Positions 1 through 10,898 of a stretch of 64,000 nt of DNA are shown here, piece after piece; within the stretch, counting starts at the first letter, position 1, and each line of letters starts with the position of its first letter. Source of the DNA: Schmidtea polychroa. Taxonomy: Eukaryota. The DNA lies in assembly GCA_044892525.1 (NCBI GenBank), contig CM097885.1:10170001-10234000 (forward strand), in the 5' to 3' direction. Both the position numbers and the translations under genes were made by a program. The notes under the pieces are model-generated. The model was given only the letters and a program-made list of their open reading frames with translations. It had not been told where the DNA came from and ran no database searches.

Positions 1-15
1 GAATTACCTAGTCAT

Positions 16-543
16 TCAAGCCTTACTATTTGATCGCCATATGACATTCAATTTACTTTTTATTATAGTTTGCTTTAAGACTCTCGGATTTTCAGAATTG
101 TAAATGAGCAATGGCTTTATTTTGCTATCAACACTAGCATTGTCACAGAGCATAATGGTTAACATTTCTTTCATTTGCTTATAGGCCAGCAGTGAACTAT
201 CCTCTTTTATAATGTAGGTGCGTCTTGGCATCTTTTTCCAAAATAACCCTGTTTCGTCATAATTGAAAACTAGCTGAGAGACATATTCCTCGGCATCTAC
301 GAAGTTTTTAAAATCTATCACAAACTGTTTAGCTCCTTCTGCATTCGAACTAGCAGCCTCGCCATGTCTAACTACACTATGAATGCCTGTGCGCAATTTA
401 AAATTGTGGAGGCTGCCACTATTTGCCTTGAAATCAGCATGATCAGCGCTAGTTGATGGTCTAGCCCTATCTTTGTGTAAATCTTGATAGAGTGACTTTG
501 CTTTCTCGAAAATTATAGCTTCTGAAATACTTTCACCAGCCAT
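16..543 (-). mobile_element. Tigger/pogo-like DNA transposase fragment (CENP-B HTH plus start of DDE_1 domain)
   Basis: Motifs FKANSGSLHNFKLRTGI, HGEAASS, VFNYDETGLFWKKMPRRTYI, KIKPLLIYNSENPR; truncated. Confidence 0.85.
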
Positions 544-824
544 TTGTTTTTATAATATAATATTATAATATTTTTATATATATATAAGACACAAACTTTT
601 CCAATTTCACCACTGACTATTTCTTTCATTGAATTTATTAAAAAAAAGAGCTTGAAGACTAATAATCAGTAATATATCGATGTTTTTGATACTCACGAAT
701 TTTCGGCACTGCCTTTTTTGGATACTATATCTTTCTTGCATTTTTTTACTCGAGTTTTCGAAGAACGTATCTATCGTATAAAAACAGAATTATATATTAT
801 TTTATTAACCATTTTTGTTTTCAG

Positions 825-2300
825 AATTCCTGTTTGGAAAGAATTACAAGACGATCTGAAACACATGACCATAATCGTGAATTGGAAGAAATTGTCACAT
901 GTTGTATACACCTAGGAATAATGGATGACCCAAGAAAGTTGCTTTGCCAGCACGCATTTTGCTATAATTGCTTGAAAGAATATTCAAAGATTTGTGAAGA
1001 TTTAATCTGTCCGATTTGTCGGGTCAAGGAAAAAATAAATGACATTGATAAACTGCCATCCGCACTAACAGAGAAACAACTGATCAGTGTCGTAATGAAA
1101 CACAGACTCACAAAATGTATTGAAGATCCTCAAATACACGGAGCATTGTCCGATGAGAGAAAAGAAGAGCTCGTTCAACATTTATTTAAAGAAATTAATT
1201 CAAACAATGGAGTATATAAAGTGAGTAAAAGTGACGAAGCAATCGTATCATCATCATCTCATAATACAAATCAAATAACAGCTTATTTGGAATCCAATCC
1301 AAACGCAAGTGTCGACGATTTGGCATACGACATGATGGATATTGAAACTATTCGGGAGAATATGTTGAAATATTCCCAGTATGAAATTGTCAAGCGTGAC
1401 CGGGTGCAAAAAATGTGCAAAAATATACATCAACTTCAAAGGGAAAGTTCTCAGTTCGAGTTTTCAATTTTCGACATACATATTTCAGAGACTCATCCGA
1501 AATCGAGTCATTTAGTTTTGGTAGACTCAAAAAGTCAGCAATTGTTAGTTTATTCTGACTCGAATATTCAAAAGTTTCAGATTGTGTTGAAAAATGATAT
1601 TATTAAGCCCGAATATATTCGCATTTTTCAAGGAAACTTGATTTTGACTGGAAAGTTGGGCATAAATGAAGAGATAGGATCTATATTTTTGCAATGTAGC
1701 ATGTGTGGGAAAATACTTCGACAGTCGGAACTTTACATTTGGCCAAATATCTCAGATCTCCCAATGATGATGGGTTTTGATATCAACGAAAAGGAAGAGA
1801 AATATTATTTATGCATGCCGAATGTTGGGAGCGTTCGAATTTACAGCACAAACTTTATTGAGTCTCACCAATATTATGAATTCGATGATAACCGACCCGA
1901 ATATATCGCTTTCAGTTCTTCTCAAAACCAACTGTGGATTTCGTGTCCACGCAATAGGCGAATTCTGATTTTGGATCTTGATACGGGGATTTTCCGGCTG
2001 TTCAACACCGAACAAATCAACAAAGCAATTCCGAAAATGATTTTCATCACAGACGATGAAAAGATCATATTTCTAGACACAAAAGGCAACAGATTTATTT
2101 GGATCAAAAGGAGAAATGAATATATTTTGACACAGAAACTAAATTTCCTCTCAATGAATCGAGATTCGAAAATAAAAAATTTTCTCGTTTTACCATGTTC
2201 GAGGGTGACCGTGGGAATCGAGAATGAAATTTTCGTTTTTCAATCAACGAAATATTTTTCGAGATCGCGTCGTATTTTTGAATTATGTAACTTTTTCTAA
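825..2300 (+). CDS. RING-finger protein with coiled coil and C-terminal NHL-like beta-propeller (TRIM-NHL-like E3); large 3' exon, 5' exon not located
   Basis: TCCIH...PRKLLCQHAFCYNCL...ICPICR RING; propeller-like blades (RPEYIAFSSSQNQLWISC, PKMIFITDDEKIIFLDT); polypyrimidine TTCAG acceptor at ~824 in frame. Confidence 0.7.
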   Translation, partial: NSCLERITRRSETHDHNRELEEIVTCCIHLGIMDDPRKLLCQHAFCYNCLKEYSKICEDLICPICRVKEKINDIDKLPSALTEKQLISVVMKHRLTKCIEDPQIHGALSDERKEELVQHLFKEINSNNGVYKVSKSDEAIVSSSSHNTNQITAYLESNPNASVDDLAYDMMDIETIRENMLKYSQYEIVKRDRVQKMCKNIHQLQRESSQFEFSIFDIHISETHPKSSHLVLVDSKSQQLLVYSDSNIQKFQIVLKNDIIKPEYIRIFQGNLILTGKLGINEEIGSIFLQCSMCGKILRQSELYIWPNISDLPMMMGFDINEKEEKYYLCMPNVGSVRIYSTNFIESHQYYEFDDNRPEYIAFSSSQNQLWISCPRNRRILILDLDTGIFRLFNTEQINKAIPKMIFITDDEKIIFLDTKGNRFIWIKRRNEYILTQKLNFLSMNRDSKIKNFLVLPCSRVTVGIENEIFVFQSTKYFSRSRRIFELCNFF

Positions 2301-4378
2301 TTACTAGATCTATTATTTTCATTATTTCAATTAGATTTTCCATTTTATTTTTATATCCTTTTCAGGAGTACAATTCAATTAGCTAATCCAGCAGCCTCCT
2401 GATTATTTGGTAGGGAAGGGGTGTGATAAAGGGAACAAATCTGGATAAAGTTTTGGGTAATGTCTTCAAGAAAAATATAGAAAATAATACAAAAATGAAA
2501 AACTAAAAAATAAAATTATTTAAAAAGTTCAAATTGCATACTGCCCAGGTTAACGCAACCCCAGATTAGGGAGTCTACTGTAAATATTGTAAAATTTGTT
2601 ATATATATATATAATATACCACCGGAAAATTCACTGGAAAATAGATAAGAAAACAGACAAACAAAATTGCATATCTCGATAGCTGCCAGAGATAACAGGA
2701 CGGGGTAATTGCAAAAAATGAAAATCCAAACAATATTTTAATTATCACTAAGTGTCAGTAATTAGCAACCTTTAAAAGAGAGAGACAAAGTATCTGAAGA
2801 TAACTATAAAAGTAGAGAAACAGAATTGAAGAAAGCAAACAGATATTAAAGTAACAGACCGATTGACACATTTATATCAAGGAAGTTCATTTGAGTTGAT
2901 AGTTAAGCGATCATTTTTATGGACTAGTACCCACTGTGTATGTTATAAGCCCTGATTTTCGAGTTTTGAGTGGTGAATCATTTGTGTAATTGTGTTAGCA
3001 GAAATAGAATCGATTTTAATTATCATAGACAATAAATATTAGTAATATCGAGAACTCATCATTGTTGTTAATATGATTGGTCAATAATAATTTCACCGAC
3101 TACCCTAGCAAATATAATATAATATATTACTGTCAGACCACTTGATATAATGTCTCATATACCGAAGAGTGAAAACAAGTTAATCATATCAAATAAAGAT
3201 AAATATTCCTATTCCTTACAGAAATATTTTTGGAATGTCTAAAATTTTTTTGCAATTCGAATAGTTTTTCAGTTTGCTTCAATAAACATTAAAATTGTAA
3301 GGAATTTCCCATTCCATTTACAAACTTACAATTACTGAATTCGATTCTTTTTTTAATATTTTTAAAATTATTACGAAATTTATTTAGATTTTTTTTAATT
3401 TTGATAATTTTATATTTAATTTAAAAATTTTTAACTAAATGACATCTAAATAATTTTTACAAAACTTAATATGTTAATTTATTATGGCTGTGCTAAAGGT
3501 CAATGGTTGACAGTAAGGTCACCCTGGGCAGGCATTGTGTCGAAGTGTATATTTGTTTAAATATAATTCAATTAATAATGTCAGTTTGAATTAAATGAAA
3601 AATTATTTGTTTTTAATGTTAATCTAGTTCTATAATTAATTATTTGATGCAATAATAAAAACAAACCGATTTTTACAAATTTAAAAAGTAAATATGAAAA
3701 GTTTATATTTAATTTAAATAAGTATATTAAAACAAATTCATTGCTAAATAATAAAAATATTTAATAATATTTATTAGTGTTTTCCAACCTTTTTATCCAT
3801 AATATCTTTCTTCATTTGACAATTTTCAATCTTACACATCATTACCAGATGTCTGGTGTAATATGTTTTGAGTCTTCAATAAAATCTGTGTTGAGGTTCA
3901 TGTGTTGACGTAAAATTAAAATTATTTTAAAATAAAAATTAAATGAAAATTAAATGGAATTGAGGAAATATGTAATCAAGCATTTCGTTCAGTTTCTATT
4001 AATTAATTGACAGTCGTTCGATTACTTGGACGTCACACTGTTGGGACTGATCTCTGTTTAGCGATTCTCCCACCACTCTATAAAAATATAATTTTATAAA
4101 TCATAATTCTTGAGTTCTTCCGAGCTCATATTCGTATTCGTATTTCTATTCATGACATTCTTGTAAACAACAACTGTACTTAGAATATTTTTTATAGGGA
4201 ATTTATATTGTTCACGATAAGGTATATGTTGGATACTTGATCCCTAAGGAGACTTGATCCCCATTTTAAATTTTGCGCTTTCTCATTATTTTTGGTTAGT
4301 CTTAATTACCACGTGCTGTTGTCTTGATTTTTTATTTAGTGAACTTTTTTATTATATGTTGGGTTATTGAGTTGGTGA

Positions 4379-5117
4379 TGTTACTCTGACTCTAAGCGTG
4401 TCTTTAACCGATTCACAAATAACACTTGACAACAGAAATCTTTATTGATAATCACAAATAAACTTTCACTTGACACTGACAATAAATTCAACACTCTGCT
4501 TGGTGAATATACAATGCTTATTACAACACTCGGTGAGGAATAGCACTTGTAAATAACACCGGATTAAAAGATCATAAATTATTGATTGGTTTCTAAACTG
4601 GATTTTTGAGCTGGTTGTTTTCCTTGACTTTCTTCACAACTTTATTCAAATAATCAAATAACTTTTCGTTTTATTTTTCAACTAATTCTTTTCTTCAAGT
4701 CTTCTCCAATAATTATTCTCCACAATTGTTTCCTTTACAATTATTTTTGGTAATCGTTTTTCCAACAACATTTCATCCAACGTCTAATTTTCTCCAATAA
4801 TTTTATCTCTCAAATCGTCTCTCAAATTGTCTCTCAAATCGTCTTCCAAATCGTTTTCAATTTCGCGTCACTTTGTCTCTAATTTTTTTCTTCTTTTTTT
4901 GTTCTTTCATGTCCACCAGTTTTCCCTTATATAGTTCGCTTCTCTTGTTGCACTCCAGATAATCAAGAGTTTTTCATTTTGCTTCTCCTACTTTTCCCGA
5001 CTGTCCCATTTTTATCTCTGACAGCTGTCAAGTTTTTTCCCCTTTTTCTTTTTTTTGTTTGACCGCCTTCTACCATCAATTCTGTTATCACTGGCAAGCT
5101 GTCGAGATAAGGATATT
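4379..5117 (-). mobile_element. Probable solo LTR, larger part; interrupted by Maverick A and continuing at 21372-21550
   Basis: Rejoined ~0.92 kb segment runs TG(4379)...CA(21550), flanked by TGGTGA / TGGCGA (6-bp near-TSD, one CpG-type change); minus-strand TATA (CTATATAAGGG ~4924-4934) and AATAAA (~4441-4446). Confidence 0.5.
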
Positions 5118-5805
5118 AGTAGGTAGAAGTGAGCCCACGATGACTCATCGTTAAGGTCAACTTAAGGTCATAGAAAATTTTGAGGTCAACTTAAGGTCAA
5201 ATTTTAAGGTCAATGTCATTTTCAGGACAGTTTAAGGTCAATTTAGGCCATTTTAAGGTCAAATCTTGAGGGCAAAGTCGATTTTAGGTTATTTTAAGGT
5301 CAACTTTTGAGGCCAAAGTCTAATTTTTCCAAATTTAAGGTCAAATTTTAAGGTCATAGAAAATTTTAAGGTCAACCCCCCTACCCCTAATTTTAAGGTC
5401 ATAGAAAATTTTAAGGTCAAACCCCCTACCCCTACCCCTAATTTTAAGGTCATAGAAAATTTTAAGGTCAACCCCCCCTACCCCCTACCCCTAATTTTTA
5501 GGTCAAATTGAGGTCAAAAATTAAAAATTTTAAAATTTTTCTAAGTCCATTTAACGAATTACTTTATAGAAAATTTTCAAAGTCAAAACACGTTTTAATA
5601 CTACGTTTGCAAATGTCTTTGTTACTCATGCATATGCATTGCAAATGTCTTTGTTACTTATGCATTTGTATTGCATATGTCTTTGTATTACACACCTTAA
5701 GGATAGAAAAATATTTCTAAGCGAGATCTAAAGTGAATGTGTGTAAAGGGCAATAAATAAGGGTAAAATCAAATTTTTTAAGAAAATACATGTAATTTGA
5801 TTAAA

Positions 5806-5897
<92 letters not shown>

Positions 5898-5961
5898 TTT
5901 ATTTTGGGCAGATAATCTATGTGTGTCTGTATATGAAAACATTGATAAGGAGCAATAAATA
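5118..5961 (+). repeat. Left TIR of element A (TTAAGGTCA subrepeats, (TA)n)
   Basis: Reverse complement of ~20538-21365 apart from subrepeat and microsatellite copy number. Confidence 0.93.
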
Positions 5962-6062
5962 TCAAATCAAATCTCTTATGTTTTACATATAACTATATTA
6001 ACCAATCAGAATCATAACCAGTATTAGTATAAATAAAACAGAATATTTAAAATTAATGTACA

Positions 6063-6369
6063 ATGTCAAAATCAAATTTTGCAGAAAACATCTTAAAAGG
6101 TTTGGTTAATGAGAATATTGCACAAAGCCTCAGTTTCCTAGTTAAACAAACTGAGAAAATCATTGAGGGAAACCATGTTGACTACCAAACCATGCTTGAT
6201 ATAGAATGCCTGGAGACGAAGAAATTTTATTTCAATAGGATTTTCGACTGTCTATTCGACGACCAAATGAAGTGGACCAGAATAATCATAGGTTTTACCT
6301 ATATGAAGATTATTATAGAAAAAAGTCTATACGATGTTGACCATTATTATCTGTGGTCTCAAGAAGTAA

Positions 6370-6413
<44 letters not shown>

Positions 6414-6519
6414 ATGATGATTGCTTGGTAGCAGCATTTATTATTTAAAACAATAAAATGATAATTTAAGCCTTTTGCTGCAAATAATGTATTTAATGAA
6501 AGAATTTTCGACTATACGA

Positions 6520-6607
<88 letters not shown>

Positions 6608-6799
6608 ATTAATTTGTAGATAGTCAAATCCAAGTTTTCGCCATGGATCGATGCCAATGGTGGATGGCACACACTAGTCGAACTTGCCCAGAACGCACAA
6701 GAAATAGAGCAAGCCAAAGCAAAAGTCAAAAGTTATATGCGATTAGCCTTGGGAGTTGTTGTATTATATGTAATGTTTAAATATTTAAATAAAAGTTAA
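6063..6799 (+). CDS. Bcl-2 family protein, 160 aa, two exons (6063-6365, 6620-6799)
   Basis: BH1-like LFDDQMKWTRIIIGFTY; BH2 SPWIDANGGWHTL; C-terminal hydrophobic anchor LALGVVVLYVMF followed by KYLNKS; phase-0 GT-AG intron 6366-6619; CCAAT (~6002) and TATAAATA (~6028) upstream. Confidence 0.88.
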
Positions 6800-6841
6800 T
6801 GTTGTTATTTATAAATATTATACTTTAAATATACACTCAAA

Positions 6842-7263
6842 CTAAAATTTATTAACACATTCACATTCATCATCTCCGCATTTCATAACATTTTCAACGA
6901 TATGATCTATACAATCGTTATATACACGCGGTTCGGTATACTTAATATTTTCAGTTATATAATCTGTAAATTCCTCCTTAGGTTCATCAATAGGTTCATC
7001 AATTTCTTGAATGATTTCCTCGTCATCTTCTTGTGTGTTTTCTTCATTAATCTGTTCTGTTATTTCCTCATCAGTTTCATCAAATCTTGAATCTTCACTC
7101 TCTGCTACCCAGTCTATATTTAATGCATTTGAAACAGATAATATATCCTCCATTTTTACACCAGATATTTCTGCTAATTTTGCCAACAAAAGGTTGATTA
7201 AATGTTCTAAACAATAAATAATTCGATCATTAACTAACCATATTAACCTTTTTCTAACGTCAT
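6842..7263 (-). CDS. Acidic protein with Cys-rich C-terminus (CGDDECEC), 126 aa, two exons
   Basis: ATG at 7263, 41-nt phase-1 intron 7207-7247; same structure in element B. Confidence 0.7.
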
Positions 7264-7421
7264 TATTAACACTTTAAAACTATAATGTAAGTTTGTTTAT
7301 AGAATGTCTTTGTTAAAATTTTCATGTATTTTGCATTGATATTGCAATTTCCTGGTTAAGTAAATGAAAAACAAATAGGACAAAATAAATTTATTAAAAA
7401 CAATAAATATAGCAACATTTA

Positions 7422-7841
7422 TTAAAATAGCTGTGAAAGTCTAGCAGACATAATTTTCCAAATTGGAGAATACACATCATTATTATCAACTTTATATCCC
7501 TGGATTGCAATTGTTATATACCAATTTTCGTTTTCTTTAAAGCTGATTTCATCAAAGGAATCATAAAATCTTGCATATCGGTTGTTGAACCATGCATGTT
7601 GATTACATGATAGATTCGCATCCAACCGTTTGAAAACCTTATCAATAGATTTAACATCTATCATTGAAAGTGTGCCGGATAAGAATTGAAATTGAGTAGA
7701 AATTAGCTTGATCGGTGACACCAATTTCATATTGATTTCTTCTTTTAAAAAATACATTTTGTAGTTGTGGAACATTTGAACAGGTTGTACAAGTTCTGCA
7801 ACAACCTTTGGTTTTTCAGTGCTTGATATTTTCTTGGTCAT
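7422..7841 (-). CDS. 139-aa protein, possible OB-fold ssDNA-binding protein
   Basis: Intact ORF with CCAAT/TATA upstream and a homolog in B; C-terminal ITIAIQGY...SPIWKIMSARL resembles viral SSB beta-strands (weak). Confidence 0.55.
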   Translation of the reverse strand: MTKKISSTEKPKVVAELVQPVQMFHNYKMYFLKEEINMKLVSPIKLISTQFQFLSGTLSMIDVKSIDKVFKRLDANLSCNQHAWFNNRYARFYDSFDEISFKENENWYITIAIQGYKVDNNDVYSPIWKIMSARLSQLF

Positions 7842-8018
7842 CGTGATTTATGATTGAATTGTAATGGTACATGGTTTTTATACCTATGACTATTGTTTAT
7901 AAACCAATCAAATTGCAGTATGTCTTTGTTTTAATTACATTCAAAATGCATTGATGTTGCATTGTCATATGTTATATGTGTCATATTATTATTATTGCTT
8001 TTATTACTTTCAAACTAA

Positions 8019-8073
<55 letters not shown>

Positions 8074-8238
8074 TTTATTTACATTTCTATTACTATTTAC
8101 TAAAAAAAAATAAATAAATAAAACAACAAATAGTTAAACATAAAAATTTATTTGGATAAAATTTGACAAAAATGATAATTATGAAGTGTCTTTACCAAAG
8201 ACCATTCGACATATCTCTGGTAGCGGAAATTGCAACAG

Positions 8239-8545
8239 CTACATCCCAAAATGCAAGGGTATTCTGCTTCCAATCTTCACATCCCAGAGAAATGTATTGA
8301 TAATATCGAAAATCCAGATTCTGGTTTCATTGTAAATTAAATCTGGGATTATTGCAACATCTCGATCTTTGAGAATATCATACAATTGCGGGTAATAAAA
8401 ATACAATCTTTCCAGTATCATTGCATGATATTCATCTGTAAATAATAATAATATGATAAATACAATTAATATTAAAAAATTTAAATTTACCATAATGTTC
8501 ATGTTCTTTTATGGCAGCTATAGCTGAACTTTGAATATTGTACAT
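8239..8545 (-). CDS. Unknown spliced protein (~83 aa), absent from element B
   Basis: ATG 8545, exon 8491-8545, 55-nt phase-1 intron 8436-8490 joins in frame; CCAAT boxes ~8598 and ~8612. Confidence 0.55.
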
Positions 8546-8672
8546 GGTTTAAAAATGATAACTAAACCCAAAACATTTTGTTATAAATAATCATCAGCCA
8601 ATTAGATTTCAACCAATCAGAATCATGCATTTCAGTTGCATCGAATTTGCAATCACATGATTTTTTAAATAA

Positions 8673-9136
8673 TTAATTAAGTGATAATAAAAAATCTAAA
8701 AATTCTTTTCCTTCAATTATTGATTTAATTTCAGATATGATATTATCAACTATACATTTGTAATCAATATTTTTATTCCAAGAATTACTATCTTACCACT
8801 AGCGAATATATTTACACACATAGGGTTATATTTTATATATCTCAAAGCTGGAAATAATTCTGGTTCGTAAACACATGGTATTAATTTTGCCAATTCATTT
8901 AAATTACAAGAAAAACCCATATCGGAAGTTACGGTTATCGATTGTATTTCTAAATCATAAACATTATATTCACTAGCTTTGATTATTTCCTTACACCACA
9001 TGATTCTACATTTACCAGTTTTGAAATATATTATGGGATATTTTTTACTTCTATTGATAAGTTGTTGTGGTTTCCCCATTGGAAATACCATTTTTGATAC
9101 ATCAGCTTTTGCCCAGTAATTTATATTTGAAAGCAT
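8673..9136 (-). pseudogene. TATA-binding-protein-like gene with a 1-nt deletion near the 3' end
   Basis: YEPELFPAL...NIFASGKIVILG; 464 nt versus 465 nt in the intact B copy. Confidence 0.88.
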
Positions 9137-9241
9137 TTTAATGAAATAATGATAAAACTCAGATATATATATAGTTATTTTAAAACGGAGTTCATTTAAA
9201 TTATCAATATAAACAATAATTATTTAGTTTAAATTTAAAAA

Positions 9242-9880
9242 ATGGAATTACGAAATGATGCAGTATACCAAATCGTTGGTCCAAGCGGTAGCGGAAAAAC
9301 ATTATTTGTTTGTAAATTACTAAAATCAAATTTATTCAAAACAGAATTCAACAATATTTATTGGCATAAGGGCGCCGACGAAGAACATGGATTGACGCAA
9401 TCAAGTTTCTGTCAGTTGAAAAACATGAAAATAGTAAAGGGATTTGATAAAAACTGGTCCAGTCGGTTGAAGAAAGATGATGTCATCATTATCGATAATT
9501 TATACCAAGAAGCCAATAAAGAAAAAGATTTTAATAATTTATTCACAAAAATCAGCAGACATGTTGGTGTAACAGTTATTTTCATAACACAAAATCTATT
9601 TCATCAAGGTGGTGCACATCGTACACGTAATTTAAATGTACAATATTTAGTTATTTTCAAGAATCCTAGAGATGCAACTGTCATTGATTTTCTTGGACGA
9701 CAAGCATACCCTAATAACCGTAATTTTCTTATCAGTGCATTTCAAGATGCTACTAAAATACCGCATGGATATATATTTCTTGATTTCACACAACAATGTC
9801 CTGATGATTTACGGGTAAAAACAGATATTTTCAACCCAAAAGGTGCCATGGTTTATAAACAAAATTCAAAACAAAGTTGA
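9242..9880 (+). CDS. A32/FtsK-like DNA packaging ATPase
   Basis: Walker A GPSGSGKT; Walker B VIIIDNL (DDL in B); SRH, ITQ and FKNPRD motifs. Confidence 0.95.
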   Translation: MELRNDAVYQIVGPSGSGKTLFVCKLLKSNLFKTEFNNIYWHKGADEEHGLTQSSFCQLKNMKIVKGFDKNWSSRLKKDDVIIIDNLYQEANKEKDFNNLFTKISRHVGVTVIFITQNLFHQGGAHRTRNLNVQYLVIFKNPRDATVIDFLGRQAYPNNRNFLISAFQDATKIPHGYIFLDFTQQCPDDLRVKTDIFNPKGAMVYKQNSKQS

Positions 9881-9892
9881 AACATATAAAAC

Positions 9893-10381
9893 ATGTTTTC
9901 AAAAACAAGGATAACAAGGAAGAAAGAACCAAAAATTCCACCAACAACTAGTTATACTCCATCTAAAGAACTTATTACTGAAAATTTTGCTGCAAAAAAT
10001 CTTATTTCGAAAAATCCTAAACCTAAACCTAAACGTAAAACCAGTAAGAAATTAAAAGTTGTTAAAAATCATCGGAGTTTCCCGTTTTTTAATACATTGT
10101 TAAAGGCACCGAGTATAAAAAGAATGAATATTTTGCAATCATTTCGAAATTTTGTTGTCGATGATTTACTCGATATTATACTTAAAGTAGTCAAAGGCAA
10201 GATTAAAATCAGTAAATCCAAAAAGCATATATTGAGTAAACATAGGAAACCTTTGTTATAATTAGTAAATAATGAAAATCGTAAACAAATGAGAAAAATT
10301 ATATATAAACAACAAGGCGGATTTATTGGTGCATTGATACCTTTGGCATTATCATGATTAGGTGGAGTAACACAGTCATAA
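9893..10381 (+). pseudogene. Basic core protein with adenovirus pX-like C-terminus; internal stops
   Basis: Lys-rich; reads past a stop into QQGGFIGALIPLA; intact equivalent in B. Confidence 0.7.
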
Positions 10382-10384
10382 ACA

Positions 10385-10612
10385 ATGGGAGCTAATCCTT
10401 CATTACCTGAAATTAAATTTAATATTAAATCTTCTTGTTGTAATGGAGAAGATTTGGACGAACCCAGAAGACGAAGCCGGTTTCGGTGGAGTCGCAAAAT
10501 TAAAGAAAAGAGTTCCAAATTCGAAAAAGGAAACCCAGAAGTGGTTATCAGACCAGCTTGCGTACAGTTTGAACAAACCAATGCAGAAACGATTTCCAAC
10601 AAGAGCATATAA
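10385..10612 (+). CDS. Small putative N-myristoylated protein overlapping the integrase 5' end
   Basis: MGANPS fits MGxxxS; SSCC; conserved in B with third-position substitutions. Confidence 0.6.
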   Translation: MGANPSLPEIKFNIKSSCCNGEDLDEPRRRSRFRWSRKIKEKSSKFEKGNPEVVIRPACVQFEQTNAETISNKSI

Positions 10613-10830
10613 AACATTTGGAATAAACGATTTATGGCAAATGCATTCGATTGAGATTATACCATATTCGAAAATTAACAATGGTTATAAATATATTTTA
10701 ACATGTATTGATGTATTCAGTCGGTTTGCCCGAGCGATTCCAGTCAAGGCAAAATCTGCAGATGAAATGTCCAAAGCTGTTAATAATTTATTTAAAAAAG
10801 GACATCCTAATAACTTGCAAACAGATTTAG

Positions 10831-10898
<68 letters not shown>

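Noticed and set aside
5289..5720. Short ORFs within TIRs and arms (also 20735, 22704, 31346, 31917, 40145, 40878, 42585, 43375)
   Set aside because: They arise from subrepeats, and their duplication reflects inverted repeats rather than coding constraint
8179..8238. F-box-like LLQFPLPEICRMVF after the stop of the 83-aa ORF
   Set aside because: Lies beyond a stop codon, the match is weak and there is no second copy to test it
10069..10681. Antisense ORFs over the core and integrase genes (also 26390-26731, 35893-36183)
   Set aside because: Shadows of sense-strand coding sequence with no independent motifs
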